This document shows positions 1 to 9,864 of a DNA stretch of 64,000 nt, in pieces. The position numbers were made by a program, and so were the translations under genes. The stretch is from a virus (taxonomy: Duplodnaviria; Caudoviricetes). Position 1 is the first letter of the stretch. The number at the start of each line of letters is the position of its first letter. Below the pieces are notes generated by a model. That model made no database searches, had not been told where the DNA came from, and saw nothing but the letters and a program-made list of their open reading frames with translations. Where the stretch lies: IMG/VR virus record IMGVR_UViG_3300020419_001132; one strand, written 5' to 3'.

Positions 1-950
1 CTTCCGGACAAACGGTTACAGCGGCGCAATATAATGATTTGCAAAGTAGAACTAACCAAATTTTAGGTACTGGTTCTGGTGACTCTGGTTACGGACAGTC
101 ACTTACAAGTGCCCAGGTATTAACAGGAAATACCATAACAGCTACGCAAATGGACAATTTGCGTGTAGATATTAATAAATGTCATAACCACCAACAAGGA
201 ACAGATGCAGGTATAGGAAATATCGATGCTGGACAAATTATTGGTGCAGATGCTAGTGGAACAGCACTAGGGTCGTTGACCGAAACAACTGAAGGTTATA
301 ACGATTACGACTCAGCTGTTACAACAATCACAACAAATAGATTTTTAATTAATGAAGTTCCTGCTAATTCAACTACAGGATCTTTAGACAGTAGTGCAAG
401 AACAAGTTCTTGGAGTACAAGTGTTAATCATGAATTTACATGTTCTTTTACAGATGCTAATCATGCTAGACATTTTTTTAACAGTGGTGGAGAGATTAGA
501 TTTGCTTCAACGCATACAGGCGGATCAGGATCAAAGACTACAAGTTGGCAGTCCATTCAAAGTACAATGGGAACAATTAAATTTAAGTATACTTCGACAG
601 CTCAAACAGGTACCGGCGGTACAACTACAAGCATAGGATGGTATGATTTAACAACATCTTATCAAGAAGTTTTTAGACAAAACGCAACCGGTGCAACATA
701 TGGAGAAAACTACTATAAAATAAGTGCTAAAAGAAATTCTCCGAGCACAATTATTACTTTTAATGTTGAATATATAGATGCAGATACAGGTGATCCACCT
801 ATTACTCCAGTTCCTTATGGAGGTACTCCTGGAGGTGTAGACGAAAGTGTATCTGGCACAATTACAAGCGTCATAACAGGCCTAAGAGCTTCTGGCTCAA
901 ATGTTTCTGTTAATTTTCCTTCAGTATCTACTACTTCTGAACTGCAATAA
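1..950 (+). CDS. Virion structural protein (tail/baseplate-associated type), 5'-truncated by the window edge
   Basis: Frame is open from nt 3 (SGQTVTAAQYNDLQSRTNQ...), so the TTG at 39 is not the real start. S/T/G-rich beta-type composition typical of tail-associated proteins. Confidence 0.6.
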   Translation, partial: SGQTVTAAQYNDLQSRTNQILGTGSGDSGYGQSLTSAQVLTGNTITATQMDNLRVDINKCHNHQQGTDAGIGNIDAGQIIGADASGTALGSLTETTEGYNDYDSAVTTITTNRFLINEVPANSTTGSLDSSARTSSWSTSVNHEFTCSFTDANHARHFFNSGGEIRFASTHTGGSGSKTTSWQSIQSTMGTIKFKYTSTAQTGTGGTTTSIGWYDLTTSYQEVFRQNATGATYGENYYKISAKRNSPSTIITFNVEYIDADTGDPPITPVPYGGTPGGVDESVSGTITSVITGLRASGSNVSVNFPSVSTTSELQ

Positions 951-962
951 CCAATAAAACAC

Positions 963-991
963 TTGACAATATATCCATATTAGTATATACT
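963..991 (+). promoter_or_regulatory. sigma70-type promoter at the head of the enzyme island
   Basis: TTGACA(963-968)-N17-TATACT(986-991), followed by SD AGGAG and ATG at 1012. Confidence 0.8.
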
Positions 992-1011
992 ATTACTAAT
1001 AGGAGAATACT

Positions 1012-1347
1012 ATGGATACAAAGTTAAGCAAAGCATTGGATTTTTCCCAATATATGACTACACTAAACAATCAAAAAAGGTTGTTGTGGGAAAAATACCA
1101 AGAAAGTTTGTTATATTATTGTAATGGAGGAAAGTTTACTATAACTCCTGAACTAATAGCATATTGTAATGCCGCAGGTTATGATAATGTTGTGCTAATA
1201 GATGATAATCAATTACCCATAAAAGTTACACTGAAAGAATTTTTGTATGATATACGTGTACAATATGGAAAAGCATCTACAGAATATTATGAGCAGTACT
1301 CCAAGTTAAAAGTAAAAAGAAAAATAGAGGATTTAATTGAAGTATGA
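1012..1347 (+). CDS. Hypothetical protein
   Basis: 111-aa ORF with SD; stop overlaps the next start (ATGA). Confidence 0.75.
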   Translation: MDTKLSKALDFSQYMTTLNNQKRLLWEKYQESLLYYCNGGKFTITPELIAYCNAAGYDNVVLIDDNQLPIKVTLKEFLYDIRVQYGKASTEYYEQYSKLKVKRKIEDLIEV

Positions 1348-2159
1348 GTCAAGGAGTACTGTTATTTGCACACAACAGCCCTCAAATTGATTATGTAAAA
1401 CAGGCAGTATATTGTGCTAAGAAAATAAAAAAACATTTAAGTTTACAGGTAGCACTAGTAACCGATTCTAAAGCATATTTAGAACGAGCATTTCCTTATT
1501 ATTCTAATTATATTGACATTGTTGTAAGCAAACATCATAAAACAGAACAACATAGAAAGTTCTGGAATGGCACTATGTACAAAACATTGCCTTGGAATAA
1601 CTTTACAAGATGTCATAGTTACGATCTGTCGCCATTTGATAGAACACTAGTATTAGATACAGATTTTTTAGTAGGAAATAACTTGTTGCTAAAATGTTTC
1701 AGCAACAATAACTTTAAAATTAGTAGCAGTTTTATAGATTTAAATCCAAGTAGAAATGACATTACACTAAGCAGGGTAAGTGATACATCAATTAATATGT
1801 ATTGGGCAACTGTATTTTATTTTTGTAAAAATAAATTTAGCAAAACTTTTTTTAATTTAGTACAACACATACAAGATAATTGGAACTATTATAGGCTTTG
1901 TTATCAAATACAAGAAAATAACTTTAGGAATGATTTTGCATTTTCTATTGCATTGCACTTAATGGGTAATCCTCAAAAAGAATTACCTTGTAGTATATAC
2001 CTAACAACTGATAAAGACTTGCTTCTTAAAATACAAGATGATAGATATAAGATATTATTAGAGAATGAAACTTTATGTTCTGTAAACGAAACAAATATAC
2101 ATCTTATGAATAAGTTTACATTGAACGACAACATACATAAGGAGTTACAAAATGAGTAA
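1344..2159 (+). CDS. GT-A fold glycosyltransferase-like (nucleotide-diphospho-sugar transferase)
   Basis: DxD motif (VLDTDF), YDLSPFDRT, RNDFAFSIA; paralogue of the next ORF. Confidence 0.6.
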   Translation: MSQGVLLFAHNSPQIDYVKQAVYCAKKIKKHLSLQVALVTDSKAYLERAFPYYSNYIDIVVSKHHKTEQHRKFWNGTMYKTLPWNNFTRCHSYDLSPFDRTLVLDTDFLVGNNLLLKCFSNNNFKISSSFIDLNPSRNDITLSRVSDTSINMYWATVFYFCKNKFSKTFFNLVQHIQDNWNYYRLCYQIQENNFRNDFAFSIALHLMGNPQKELPCSIYLTTDKDLLLKIQDDRYKILLENETLCSVNETNIHLMNKFTLNDNIHKELQNE

Positions 2160-2973
2160 AGGATTTTGTTTTGTAGCCCAAAATAACGATACTACAGACT
2201 ACGTAAGGCAAGCATGTCTACTTGCAGTTAGTATACACAAGTTTAACAATAGTCAAAATATTTCCTTAATTACTAATGACCAAGTTCCAAAGAAGTATAG
2301 GGTATTATTTGATAAAATTATACCAATACAAAAAGATGATGCAGAAACTGCAACAAAAAAAATGCATAATCGTTGTAAGATGTATGAGCTATCACCTTAT
2401 ACACAAACTATTGGTATGGATGTAGACATGTTAGTTATGCGTGATATAACTAATTGGTGGTCATATTTAAAAAATTATGATTTATTTTTTGTAAGCAATG
2501 TGAAAACTTATAGAAACGAAACTGTTACGTCTACCTGGCATCGAAAAGTTTTTATTAATAATAATTTACCTAACTTATACAATGGAATATTTTATTTTAA
2601 AAAGTCAAAAACAGCAAAAAAATATTTTGATTTACTAAAAATTATTACACAGAATTGGGAAACATTTTATAAAGTTTACTCTCCTATCAAAATGCAAAAG
2701 TTTTATAGTGTAGATGTTAGTACAGCTATTGCCTGTAAAATTTTAGGAATAGACAAGCAAGTATGCGATCCTAATAGTTTTATTAGTTTTGTTCATATGA
2801 AACCAGCTTTACAAAACTGGAGAGAATCCTGTCTAAATTGGACAGATAAAGTGGATTGGTCTGTAAATAATAGCAAAGAACTTATGGTAGATAACTTTAT
2901 ACAAAACAATGTATTTCATTATGTAGAAGATAAGTTTTTAACAGACGAACTTATAAAGGAACTTGAAACATGA
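2152..2973 (+). CDS. GT-A fold glycosyltransferase-like, paralogue of 1344..2159
   Basis: DxD motif (MDVDML), YELSPYTQT, NGIFYFKK, HMKP (GT8-like). Confidence 0.6.
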   Translation: MSKGFCFVAQNNDTTDYVRQACLLAVSIHKFNNSQNISLITNDQVPKKYRVLFDKIIPIQKDDAETATKKMHNRCKMYELSPYTQTIGMDVDMLVMRDITNWWSYLKNYDLFFVSNVKTYRNETVTSTWHRKVFINNNLPNLYNGIFYFKKSKTAKKYFDLLKIITQNWETFYKVYSPIKMQKFYSVDVSTAIACKILGIDKQVCDPNSFISFVHMKPALQNWRESCLNWTDKVDWSVNNSKELMVDNFIQNNVFHYVEDKFLTDELIKELET

Positions 2974-3542
2974 GTTGTTTTGCATATTTTAATGAAGACA
3001 CGGGCGAAGTTACAGAAATAACTAGCGAAAAAGATAGCACACGTCTTTATATAGAAATAGATGATGCTCTTGCAACAAGTTTTTTAAATGCAACAGAAAG
3101 TATGTTGGATTGGATTGTAACAACTGACAGTGATAACAAGTATGTAATATCAAAAAAACAAAAAAATAAAAAAGAAGTAATAACAAACAATAGTATTTTT
3201 CCATTAAAAAGATTTAACAAAATACAAGAAACACAAGATGTATTTCAAGTTATACAAATAGGAACAAAATGGTTAGGTTATGCAAGTTTAACAAACGAGT
3301 GTAGAGATTTTTATAAACGTAGTAAAGATTATTTTGGACAATATAAGGTTTTGTATGTTACAGAAAAAGGCGATAAAAGAAAACTATTAGAAACTATTTC
3401 TGTTGACTTTGAAAATTTTTTTACTGATACTAAGTTTGAAATACAAGCAGAGACATTAAAAGATTGTGACCTGTATATTGCTTCAGGAAATGATAATTTT
3501 ATACATGTAAGGTGTGATAATGAGCATGAAATACTTTACTAG
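2970..3542 (+). CDS. Hypothetical protein
   Basis: 190-aa ORF translationally coupled to both neighbours. Confidence 0.7.
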   Translation: MSCFAYFNEDTGEVTEITSEKDSTRLYIEIDDALATSFLNATESMLDWIVTTDSDNKYVISKKQKNKKEVITNNSIFPLKRFNKIQETQDVFQVIQIGTKWLGYASLTNECRDFYKRSKDYFGQYKVLYVTEKGDKRKLLETISVDFENFFTDTKFEIQAETLKDCDLYIASGNDNFIHVRCDNEHEILY

Positions 3543-3891
3543 AAAGATGATAGCCCACAAAGACTTAAACAGTAATGGGACTCTTTTTGGCGGTCGTGTA
3601 CTTGACTGGATTGATGAGGAAGCATATATTTACTGTAGCTGTCAATTAGATAATGACAGAGTAGTAACAAGAAGTATGAGTAATATTGATTTTCTGCATA
3701 GTGCAGTAAGAGGAGATATTATTGAAATAGGCATGGAAACAGTGAAGCTAGGAATTACAAGTATTACAATTAAATGTAACGTAAGAAATAAACGTACAGA
3801 AAAAACAATTACCAGTGTTGATAAAATTGTATTTGTAAACTTAGGACCTGATGGTAAGCCTGCACCACACGGAGTAACAAATGAAAGTTAA
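3526..3891 (+). CDS. Acyl-CoA thioesterase (hotdog fold)
   Basis: DLNSNGTLFGGRVLDWIDEEA hotdog signature, IDFLHSAVRGD; likely start ATG 3526. Confidence 0.85.
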   Translation: MKYFTRKMIAHKDLNSNGTLFGGRVLDWIDEEAYIYCSCQLDNDRVVTRSMSNIDFLHSAVRGDIIEIGMETVKLGITSITIKCNVRNKRTEKTITSVDKIVFVNLGPDGKPAPHGVTNES

Positions 3892-5470
3892 CGTTCCAGA
3901 CTGTGATGTAGTTTATTTGTCATATGACGAACCTAATGCAGAAAAAAATTATGCAGATCTTCTAACAAAAGTTCCTTGGGCAAAACGTATACACGGAGTT
4001 GAAGGATCAGATGCGGCACACAAGGCATGTGCAGAAATATCAGAAACACAGCGTTTTATAACTATAGACGGTGATAATATGGTTAAGCCAGAATTTATAA
4101 ATCAAAGTGTAGAGTTTGTAGCAGGTTCAGATATTTCTAAAAATGTAATAAGTTGGACAGGATATAACAAGATTAACGGATTGATGTATGGCAACGGCGG
4201 AATAAAATGTTGGGATAGAGATACTGTGTTAAACATGAAAACACACGAAAATGCAGATCCTGATAACATACAAGCACAAGTTGATTTCTGTTGGGATTTA
4301 GAATACATTCAAATGGATGATTGTATGAGTATTGTTGAAAATAACTATAATTCCAAACAAGCATGGAGAGCTGGTTTTAGAGAAGGTGTAAAAATGTGTT
4401 TAATTGAAGGAGAAAAACCTTCCTTAGATGACCTTATAAATGTTCATTGGAAAAATATGCACAGACTATTTGTTTGGACAATGGTAGGGGCAGATGTTAA
4501 AAACGGGCAGTGGGCAATATACGGTGCTCGTGAAGGATTTTACAAAACGATGCTAACAGATTGGGATTATATAAATGTAAGAGATTTTGAATACCTTAAT
4601 GAATATTGGAAAAACAAAATAACTACTGAAGATACTGTATATGACAAGATAGAAGAATACGGAGAAGAACTTATTAACCAGATACAGGTACCTATAAGTC
4701 AATTACCACTGGACGAAGGTGGTAGCAAATTCTTCAAAACATTATATCAAAATCCTCCACGTATAACACATCATACTGTATTACCTAAAGATAGTGGACA
4801 GTATGATATTATAATGTTATCGTATGGAGAACAAAATTCTAATGAAAATTTTGCAAAACTTAAACAGCGTTTCCCTCAAGCAAAACGTATACATGGAGTA
4901 AAAGGTATTGCAAATGGACACATTGCTTGTGCAGAAATAGCAGATACAGATATGATGTGGATTGTAGACGGAGATGCAGAAGTTTTAGATAATTTTAATT
5001 TTAATTATGTAGTACCAGAGCATGAAAAAGATGCTGTCCATGTATGGAGAAGTGTAAATCCTGTCAACGACTTAGAATACGGATACGGTGGAGTAAAACT
5101 TTTACCGGTAGAGCTAACAAAAGAAGTGGACACAAGTAGTGTAGATGTAAACACCAGCATTAGTACAAAATTTAAAGTCATGAAAGAGGTAAGTTGTGTT
5201 ACTAAGTTTAATACAGGCCCGTACGAGGCCTGGAAAAGTGCATTTAGAGAATGTTCAAAATTAGCAAGTAAGGTAATAGATCGACAGAAAGAGGATGAAA
5301 CAAATGCCAGACTTAAAACTTGGACGACCGTGGGACACGATAGATTATATGGTGAATATGCTCTGGCAGGCGCTACCGCTGGTATGGAGTTTGGCCTTTC
5401 TGGGGGGTCTGATCTTCAGTTGATAAACGATTTTGATTGGTTAAAGGAAAGATTTGATGAACAATTCTGA
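3881..5470 (+). CDS. Tandem two-domain glycosyltransferase-like protein
   Basis: Two homologous halves (LSYDEPN..KRIHGVEG..AHKACAE..IDGDN and LSYGEQN..KRIHGVKG..GHIACAE..VDGDA), each with a DxD and an AW(R/K)xxFRE motif. Confidence 0.6.
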   Translation: MKVNVPDCDVVYLSYDEPNAEKNYADLLTKVPWAKRIHGVEGSDAAHKACAEISETQRFITIDGDNMVKPEFINQSVEFVAGSDISKNVISWTGYNKINGLMYGNGGIKCWDRDTVLNMKTHENADPDNIQAQVDFCWDLEYIQMDDCMSIVENNYNSKQAWRAGFREGVKMCLIEGEKPSLDDLINVHWKNMHRLFVWTMVGADVKNGQWAIYGAREGFYKTMLTDWDYINVRDFEYLNEYWKNKITTEDTVYDKIEEYGEELINQIQVPISQLPLDEGGSKFFKTLYQNPPRITHHTVLPKDSGQYDIIMLSYGEQNSNENFAKLKQRFPQAKRIHGVKGIANGHIACAEIADTDMMWIVDGDAEVLDNFNFNYVVPEHEKDAVHVWRSVNPVNDLEYGYGGVKLLPVELTKEVDTSSVDVNTSISTKFKVMKEVSCVTKFNTGPYEAWKSAFRECSKLASKVIDRQKEDETNARLKTWTTVGHDRLYGEYALAGATAGMEFGLSGGSDLQLINDFDWLKERFDEQF

Positions 5471-6293
5471 ATCGACATTACAATGGGTTAGAGGTTTGTC
5501 AGAATATCTTGACTTTGTAAAAGACGATAAATCTAAAATGTTTATTGATTTTTTAGAACAAAGTATGTATGCAGATAATCCAGTTATTGATAATACTAAT
5601 CAAAAAGGAATGATAGAATTTATAAGTATCCTTAGAAAATTTGCTCCTAATGAGATTTTTGATATATTCCATAAGTATTATAGATTAGGTTTTGATCCAA
5701 AAGCACTTCAAGATGCATTTAGTAGAGGACAAGTATTAAGTAAAATCTGGTTAGTAAATGAGCTTGTAAAAATACAAAAAAACTTTGATATGATTCATGT
5801 ACATGCAGGTTGGTTTGGGCAAATAAGATTGTACTTAGATCAGATGCAGATAAAGTATAATAAAATGCGTGTGTTTGATATAGATAAAACAGCAAATGAA
5901 GTAAGTGACAAAGTGTTTAATAATTTGTTGTTAGAAAATTATTATGTTAAAGCTTCTATTGCAGACGTAGATAATCTTGCAACACTTTATAGAACAGGAT
6001 TTGAATATCCAATTACTGAGGACAAAAATGAAAAAACAGAAGCAGACTTGATTATAAACACAAGTGCAGAACATTTTCAAGAAAATTGGTTTTTAAAATA
6101 TAGAAATAAACCACAGTCTACAGATCCTTTGTTTATTATTCAGACAAATAATTTGCATAGTCTACCCGAGCATGTAAATACTATACACAACGTAGAAGAA
6201 ATGATAAAAAAATATCCTATGTCTCGGGTAGAGTATAGTGGACAATTAGAATTACAAGGATATACTAGATATATGTTGATAGGAAGAATATAA
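5454..6293 (+). CDS. SAM-dependent methyltransferase-like protein
   Basis: HVHAGWFG motif I-like segment, FDIDK, ADLIINTSAEH. Confidence 0.55.
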   Translation: MMNNSESTLQWVRGLSEYLDFVKDDKSKMFIDFLEQSMYADNPVIDNTNQKGMIEFISILRKFAPNEIFDIFHKYYRLGFDPKALQDAFSRGQVLSKIWLVNELVKIQKNFDMIHVHAGWFGQIRLYLDQMQIKYNKMRVFDIDKTANEVSDKVFNNLLLENYYVKASIADVDNLATLYRTGFEYPITEDKNEKTEADLIINTSAEHFQENWFLKYRNKPQSTDPLFIIQTNNLHSLPEHVNTIHNVEEMIKKYPMSRVEYSGQLELQGYTRYMLIGRI

Positions 6294-6964
6294 TGTCAGT
6301 AAGAAAAATTGAAGCTGGTGAAGATTGGGCTCTATGGAGGTCAGACGTAGTAGAAAATAATATTGAACAAATGTCTGCAGAACTAGGCAGAGCATATAGG
6401 CTTTTTACAGAAACATTTACAGGTATGAATTCTTCGCTTACAAGTTTAGATCCTTTTAATAATACTTCGTTAAAAGATTTACCAAATATATTCCAAAATG
6501 TAAAACGAGAAGAACAGGAAGATAGAAATTTTTTAAACACTAATCAAGATGTATCAGGTTACAGATTTTACAATGTGTTTGCCTTAACTACACCGAGTCC
6601 TCTTTTTTGGGAACTATTTCAAGAAATAAAATATATTGTTGAACAACAGTTTGATTATCACGGACCAAAATGGATTCAGTGCTGGTTAAATTATCACAAG
6701 CAAGATGAAGTTTTAGATTGGCATAACCATGCTTTCCCTATGCACGGGTATGTGTCTATTCGCCCTCATTATACTACAACTACTTTTGGTGATTATGAAG
6801 TTAAAAATGAAATTGGAAATATATACATTGGTCCTGGCCATAGAGATCATAAAGTAATTGTAAACAAGGAATGGAAAGATGATATGCCTAGGTTAACACT
6901 AGGATATGATATAATTACAGATGTAAATATCCCAGACAATCAATTTTCCGCTATACCGTTATGA
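6293..6964 (+). CDS. Fe(II)/2OG-type oxygenase-like (DSBH) protein
   Basis: WLNYH..DWHNH..H(R)DHKV..RLTLGYD; HxH...H metal-binding pattern. Confidence 0.55.
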   Translation: MSVRKIEAGEDWALWRSDVVENNIEQMSAELGRAYRLFTETFTGMNSSLTSLDPFNNTSLKDLPNIFQNVKREEQEDRNFLNTNQDVSGYRFYNVFALTTPSPLFWELFQEIKYIVEQQFDYHGPKWIQCWLNYHKQDEVLDWHNHAFPMHGYVSIRPHYTTTTFGDYEVKNEIGNIYIGPGHRDHKVIVNKEWKDDMPRLTLGYDIITDVNIPDNQFSAIPL

Positions 6965-7188
6965 TTGAAAATTTAACTTTACGCAAATTACAGTTAGAAT
7001 GTGCTAGAGCTTTACAGACTATGCAAGCCACTAATAATAACATACATCAATTTAATAAAAAGGCCCACCATAATAGCCAAGACTGGTATAAGGCAGTAGT
7101 AGAATGGTATATTAATTCATATGGTGGATTACCGAGCAAGGTAGGTCCTGGCACAAAAGTAAAATTAATTATGGATAGTGAAGAATGA
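6961..7188 (+). CDS. Hypothetical protein
   Basis: 75-aa ORF with ATGA-type overlaps on both ends. Confidence 0.7.
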   Translation: MIENLTLRKLQLECARALQTMQATNNNIHQFNKKAHHNSQDWYKAVVEWYINSYGGLPSKVGPGTKVKLIMDSEE

Positions 7189-7733
7189 AAGATATCACAC
7201 CAAAACACAACCAACACAAACAAAACAAAAACAAAATTTTTGTTAAAAAAAATAAAGTTTATAAAACTTTACGAACCGGTAAAGTATATGGACCTGATTG
7301 GTTAAAAGCCTATCGTAAAATATATGAACGTAATAAAAATTTGGTTAAAGTTTATGATGTTTTAGAAGAAGGTACAATGATATTAATGGAGAGGCTAGAC
7401 ATAATATGTACTTTAGACCAACTTTTTAGTAAAGATTCTAAACATAAAAATTTAATAACAAAAGATTTAATATGTGAAATAATTAGTGTTATAAGTAGGT
7501 CTTGGGCAATAGATTTTGAATATTCTAAAACACTTACAGGCCATGAATATTTTATACACAATGACTTAAAATTATCTAATTTAGCTTTGACTAGCGACTA
7601 TCAGATTAAATTCATAGATCCTGACTCATACGGATTTACTTTTGAATTAGATGGTGGATACACGTTTATTCAAACACATATAGAACTAATGCATAGAATA
7701 CAAAGGTATTATAATAATATAAAAGATGTATAA
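7185..7733 (+). CDS. Protein-kinase-like fold enzyme
   Basis: HNDLKLSNL catalytic loop and FIDPDS (DFG-equivalent). Confidence 0.6.
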   Translation: MKDITPKHNQHKQNKNKIFVKKNKVYKTLRTGKVYGPDWLKAYRKIYERNKNLVKVYDVLEEGTMILMERLDIICTLDQLFSKDSKHKNLITKDLICEIISVISRSWAIDFEYSKTLTGHEYFIHNDLKLSNLALTSDYQIKFIDPDSYGFTFELDGGYTFIQTHIELMHRIQRYYNNIKDV

Positions 7734-8790
7734 TTACGCAGATATAAAAACAATTCATTTAGAGATTACGCAGAATTGTCAAGCGGCTTGTCCTATGTGC
7801 GATCGTAACATGAATGGTGAAGGAATAAATCCTCATATAAACTTAGATGAACTATCTCTAAAAGATTGTATGGATATCTTTCCTCCAAAATTTATTAGTC
7901 AACTTGATACTATGTATATGTGTGGAAATTTAGGAGATCCTATAATTGCAAAAGACACATTAGAAGTATTTGATTATTTTAGACAAAATAATTCTACAAT
8001 GTGGTTAAGCATGAATACAAACGCAGGAGCAAAAAATGTTGAATGGTGGAAAAAACTTGCTAAAACAATTGGAAAAAAGGGTGCCGTTATATTCTCTGTT
8101 GACGGTCTTAGTGACACTAATCATCTGTATAGGCAAAATGTTGTTTGGAACAATGTAGAACGCAACATGCGAGCATTTATTGAAGCTGGAGGTAGAGCTC
8201 GTTGGGATTTTTTAATTTTTGAACATAATCAACATCAAGTAGAAGAAGCACAAGACCTTGCAAACAAATGGGGTTGTGAAAAATTTGTTGCTAAAAAAAC
8301 AGGAAGGTTTATTACACAAGATTCACAAAAGAAAGAATCACACCAAGCAGTAAGTAAGAAAGGACAAAACACAGCTGAATTAAAAAAGCCTGATCCTAAG
8401 TACCAAAACAAGGCATTAAAAAAACAAGATATTATTATAAAAAAATATGGTAGTATGGATGCATACTATGATGTTGCTCCTATTAAACCTAAATGTGTTG
8501 ACAAGAAGGAAATTTACGTAAGTGCAGAAGGGTTAGTACTTCCTTGTTGTTGGACAGCAGGTAGGATGTATAAATGGTGGCATAAAGATCCTTATGTAGA
8601 ACAGATATGGGATTTCATAGATAAAGATAAAATTAACGCTAAGAAAGGCTTAGAACAAGTTTTCGAGACAGACATATTTACAAATATATCTAACAGTTGG
8701 AATAAATCCAGTTGTGCTGATGGAAAATTAAAAGTTTGTGCAATGAAATGCGGAGCAGAATTTGATCCATTTACTGAACAATTTAAATAA
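7726..8790 (+). CDS. Radical SAM protein with C-terminal twitch/SPASM-like Cys domain (group A)
   Basis: CQAACPMC; CGNLGDP; C-terminal C..PCCW..CAMKC. Confidence 0.9.
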   Translation: MYNYADIKTIHLEITQNCQAACPMCDRNMNGEGINPHINLDELSLKDCMDIFPPKFISQLDTMYMCGNLGDPIIAKDTLEVFDYFRQNNSTMWLSMNTNAGAKNVEWWKKLAKTIGKKGAVIFSVDGLSDTNHLYRQNVVWNNVERNMRAFIEAGGRARWDFLIFEHNQHQVEEAQDLANKWGCEKFVAKKTGRFITQDSQKKESHQAVSKKGQNTAELKKPDPKYQNKALKKQDIIIKKYGSMDAYYDVAPIKPKCVDKKEIYVSAEGLVLPCCWTAGRMYKWWHKDPYVEQIWDFIDKDKINAKKGLEQVFETDIFTNISNSWNKSSCADGKLKVCAMKCGAEFDPFTEQFK

Positions 8791-8808
8791 GATAAGTACG
8801 TATATAAA

Positions 8809-9864
8809 ATGAATATAGATAGTATACGTAAAATAGAGCTAGAGATTACAAGCGATTGTAATGCGGCATGTCCAGGTTGTGCTAGGACACAACATATAGA
8901 TAAACTTGAAATTAAGAGTTTCATGTTATCTGATCTGCTTAGATTATTTCCAGACACAAAACATATTAAAGATAAGCAGTTTAAGTTTTGTGGTGTACTA
9001 GGAGATCCTGCACTTAATAAAGATGCTGTTAGTATGACAGAACATCTTACAGATCATGGCGGGTATTGCCAATGGAGTACTAACGGCGCATATCAAACTT
9101 CTGATTGGTGGCATGCATTAGGCGAGATAAGTGCTAATACTAACCTTGTTGATGTAAATTTTTGTGTAGATGGACATAAGGAAACTAATCATATCTATAG
9201 GGTAAACACAAACTGGAAAGTATTAGAACGCAACATGCAAGCCTATAGTGACGCAGGTGGAAAAGCAACTTGGATTTTTATTGTTTTTGATCATAATGAA
9301 TTTGAATTGGAAACAGCTAGAGAACATGCAAATAAATTAGGATTTACGTTTGCAACTCGTACTGGAATGAGAAACAGTTATGACGACTGGGTTTCTCAAA
9401 TAGGAAAGAAAAATGAAAAACAAAAGAAAGTCATTACTACTACTGGAAAGAAAGAACATAGTAAAAAAGATCAGGTATTGGAACTAGACAAGTTTCTTGC
9501 TAACGAAAATAAAACAAATAAAGAAACAAAAGAAATACTTACAACAATAAAATGTAAACTTGTACACGAAGGTGAAATTTTTATTAGTTCTAAACAAGAA
9601 ATGTGGCCTTGTTGTTTTTTATGGGATAGTGCATTTAAAAATAAAGAAAATATTTTAAATAAACTTAGTGAATACCAAACTGGTTGGAACAGTCTTAAAA
9701 CTAACAGCATTGATACTGTTTTACAACATCCATGGTTTGACAAAATATTAGGACAAAGCTGGAACCCTAATCACGAGAAACATCTACCAAGATGTATAAA
9801 AACATGTGCTTATCATAAAGCATATCACAATGAGATAAACATAGATGTCACAAGCAATTTGTAA
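8809..9864 (+). CDS. Radical SAM protein, C-terminal twitch-like domain (group A)
   Basis: CNAACPGC; CGVLGDP; PCCF..CIKTC. Confidence 0.9.
   Translation: MNIDSIRKIELEITSDCNAACPGCARTQHIDKLEIKSFMLSDLLRLFPDTKHIKDKQFKFCGVLGDPALNKDAVSMTEHLTDHGGYCQWSTNGAYQTSDWWHALGEISANTNLVDVNFCVDGHKETNHIYRVNTNWKVLERNMQAYSDAGGKATWIFIVFDHNEFELETAREHANKLGFTFATRTGMRNSYDDWVSQIGKKNEKQKKVITTTGKKEHSKKDQVLELDKFLANENKTNKETKEILTTIKCKLVHEGEIFISSKQEMWPCCFLWDSAFKNKENILNKLSEYQTGWNSLKTNSIDTVLQHPWFDKILGQSWNPNHEKHLPRCIKTCAYHKAYHNEINIDVTSNL

Noticed and set aside
6961-7188. RiPP precursor for the radical SAM array
   Set aside because: Only one Cys, no leader/core bipartition and no repeats; looks like a small helical protein.
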